A DNA stretch of 64,000 nt from an uncultured Chloroflexia bacterium (GTDB taxonomy: Bacteria; Chloroflexota; UBA6077; JACCZL01), in assembly GCA_963765765.1 (NCBI GenBank), contig CAVXYC010000020.1, positions 736,001-800,000 of the forward strand, in the 5' to 3' direction. Shown here in pieces: positions 63,064-64,000 of this stretch. How positions within the stretch are numbered: position 1 is the first letter of the stretch; each line of letters starts with the position of its first letter. The notes under the pieces were generated by a model, which saw nothing but the letters and a program-made list of their open reading frames with translations, ran no database searches and was not told where the DNA came from. The position numbers and the translations under genes were made by a program.

Positions 63064-63519
63064 ATGAAGATCGAAAAGAGGCTCGACGAGCTTGGACTCA
63101 CCCTTGAGGAGACGATCCGCACCGGCAACGTTTTGGGAGCGGTCCAAGTAGGCAACCTCCTCTTCATTTCGGGACACGGACCCACCCGTGGTGGGAAGCC
63201 CGCTTTTGTCGGTCGCGTTGGAGCCGAGCTCACCAAAGAGCAAGGTTACGAGGCTGCCCGCCTCGTTGCGGTCAACTGCCTGGCATCCGCAAAGTCAGTG
63301 ATTGGCGATCTCGACCGTGTCAAGCGCGTGGTGAAAGTGCTCGGCATGGTGATGTGCATCGAGGGTTTCACCGAAACGCCACAAGTCGTGCACGGATTCT
63401 CCGACTTGCTCGTGGAGCTGTACGGCGAGAACGGCAAGCACGCTCGTTCGGCAGTGGGCATGCAGCAACTCCCCAACAACATTCCGGTCGAAATCGAAAT
63501 GATTCTCGAAATTGAGTGA
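63064..63519 (+). CDS. RidA/YjgF family protein
   Basis: LFISGHGP, RVVKVLGMV, SDLLVELYG..GKHARSAVG..LP.NIPVEIE. Confidence 0.9.
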   Translation: MKIEKRLDELGLTLEETIRTGNVLGAVQVGNLLFISGHGPTRGGKPAFVGRVGAELTKEQGYEAARLVAVNCLASAKSVIGDLDRVKRVVKVLGMVMCIEGFTETPQVVHGFSDLLVELYGENGKHARSAVGMQQLPNNIPVEIEMILEIE

Positions 63520-63598
63520 GGGGAGCTCTCAGATCCAACCAGTAATGGCCGTCGTTCGAACGCACTTCGAAAAGCAGCTCAGAGAGAGATTGACCTCG

Positions 63599-64000
63599 AT
63601 GACAACAACCTACGTTGGCAACACTGGCCTGGTTGACGATTTCCGAGATCTAGTGCTTACCGGCCCGGACACCCTGGGCGGCAAGATGCTGCGGCGGTTC
63701 TGGCATCCCGTGGTGTACAGCCACGAACTGGAAGCCGGTCGAGCCATGCCGCTTACGCACCTGAACGAGCAGTTCACGCTCTATCGCGGCGAGAGCGGCA
63801 AGCCTCACATCGTGGGATTCAATTGTCCGCACCGTAAGACCCAGCTCTCAGTGGGCTGGGTTGAGGGTGAAGACGTCCGCTGCTTCTATCACGGCTGGAT
63901 GTTCAACGGCCGCGGCGAGTGCGTGGCTCAGCCTGCCGAGCCGCAGCCGTTCTGCGAGAAGGTGCGCATCCCCGCCTATCACGCCGAAGAGTACCTGGGG
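63599..64000 (+). CDS. Rieske non-heme iron oxygenase alpha subunit (phthalate dioxygenase/LigXa-like; runs off window)
   Basis: TGPDTLGGKMLRRFWHPV..CPHRKTQL..GWVE...RCFYHGWMF..G.C..QPAE. Confidence 0.9.
   Translation, partial: MTTTYVGNTGLVDDFRDLVLTGPDTLGGKMLRRFWHPVVYSHELEAGRAMPLTHLNEQFTLYRGESGKPHIVGFNCPHRKTQLSVGWVEGEDVRCFYHGWMFNGRGECVAQPAEPQPFCEKVRIPAYHAEEYLG

Noticed and set aside
1-64000. CRISPR array or cas genes
   Set aside because: No regularly spaced direct repeats; all repeats found are dispersed palindromes

Overview
GC-rich bacterial chromosomal segment, most likely Chloroflexota (inferred from a GYPIS-type surface-protein motif, a T-box-controlled thrS, and many Gfo/Idh/MocA, luciferase-like, amidohydrolase, cupin and Rieske enzymes). 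Housekeeping genes: non-classical succinate dehydrogenase operon, tRNA-Val(GAC), infC with an ATT start, cca, thrS, rpmI-rplT-pheS-pheT-mutS2, a sigma-70 factor, map and coaE. These are interleaved with catabolic and redox genes, a RibD/Zn-dehydrogenase/PTPS-like trio, and a ~7.6 kb glycan locus (GH-A/GT2 fusion, ABC exporter, two acyltransferases, GT-like protein, AT-rich sulfotransferase). Many long genes, including essential pheT, carry single-base frameshifts that most likely reflect uncorrected long-read indels. Main non-coding observations: (1) a Thr T-box with no terminator that can sequester the thrS ribosome-binding site, hidden in the ORF caller's N-terminal extension; (2) a 158/272-bp element with terminal inverted repeats, present twice, one copy carrying a nested GTAG-REP palindrome and the other only its deletion scar; (3) several other palindromic REP/MITE families with no transposase in the window, two inverted copies of which bracket a two-gene cassette. 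No CRISPR array, prophage or intact transposase was seen. All calls come from motif recognition by eye; no searches were run.
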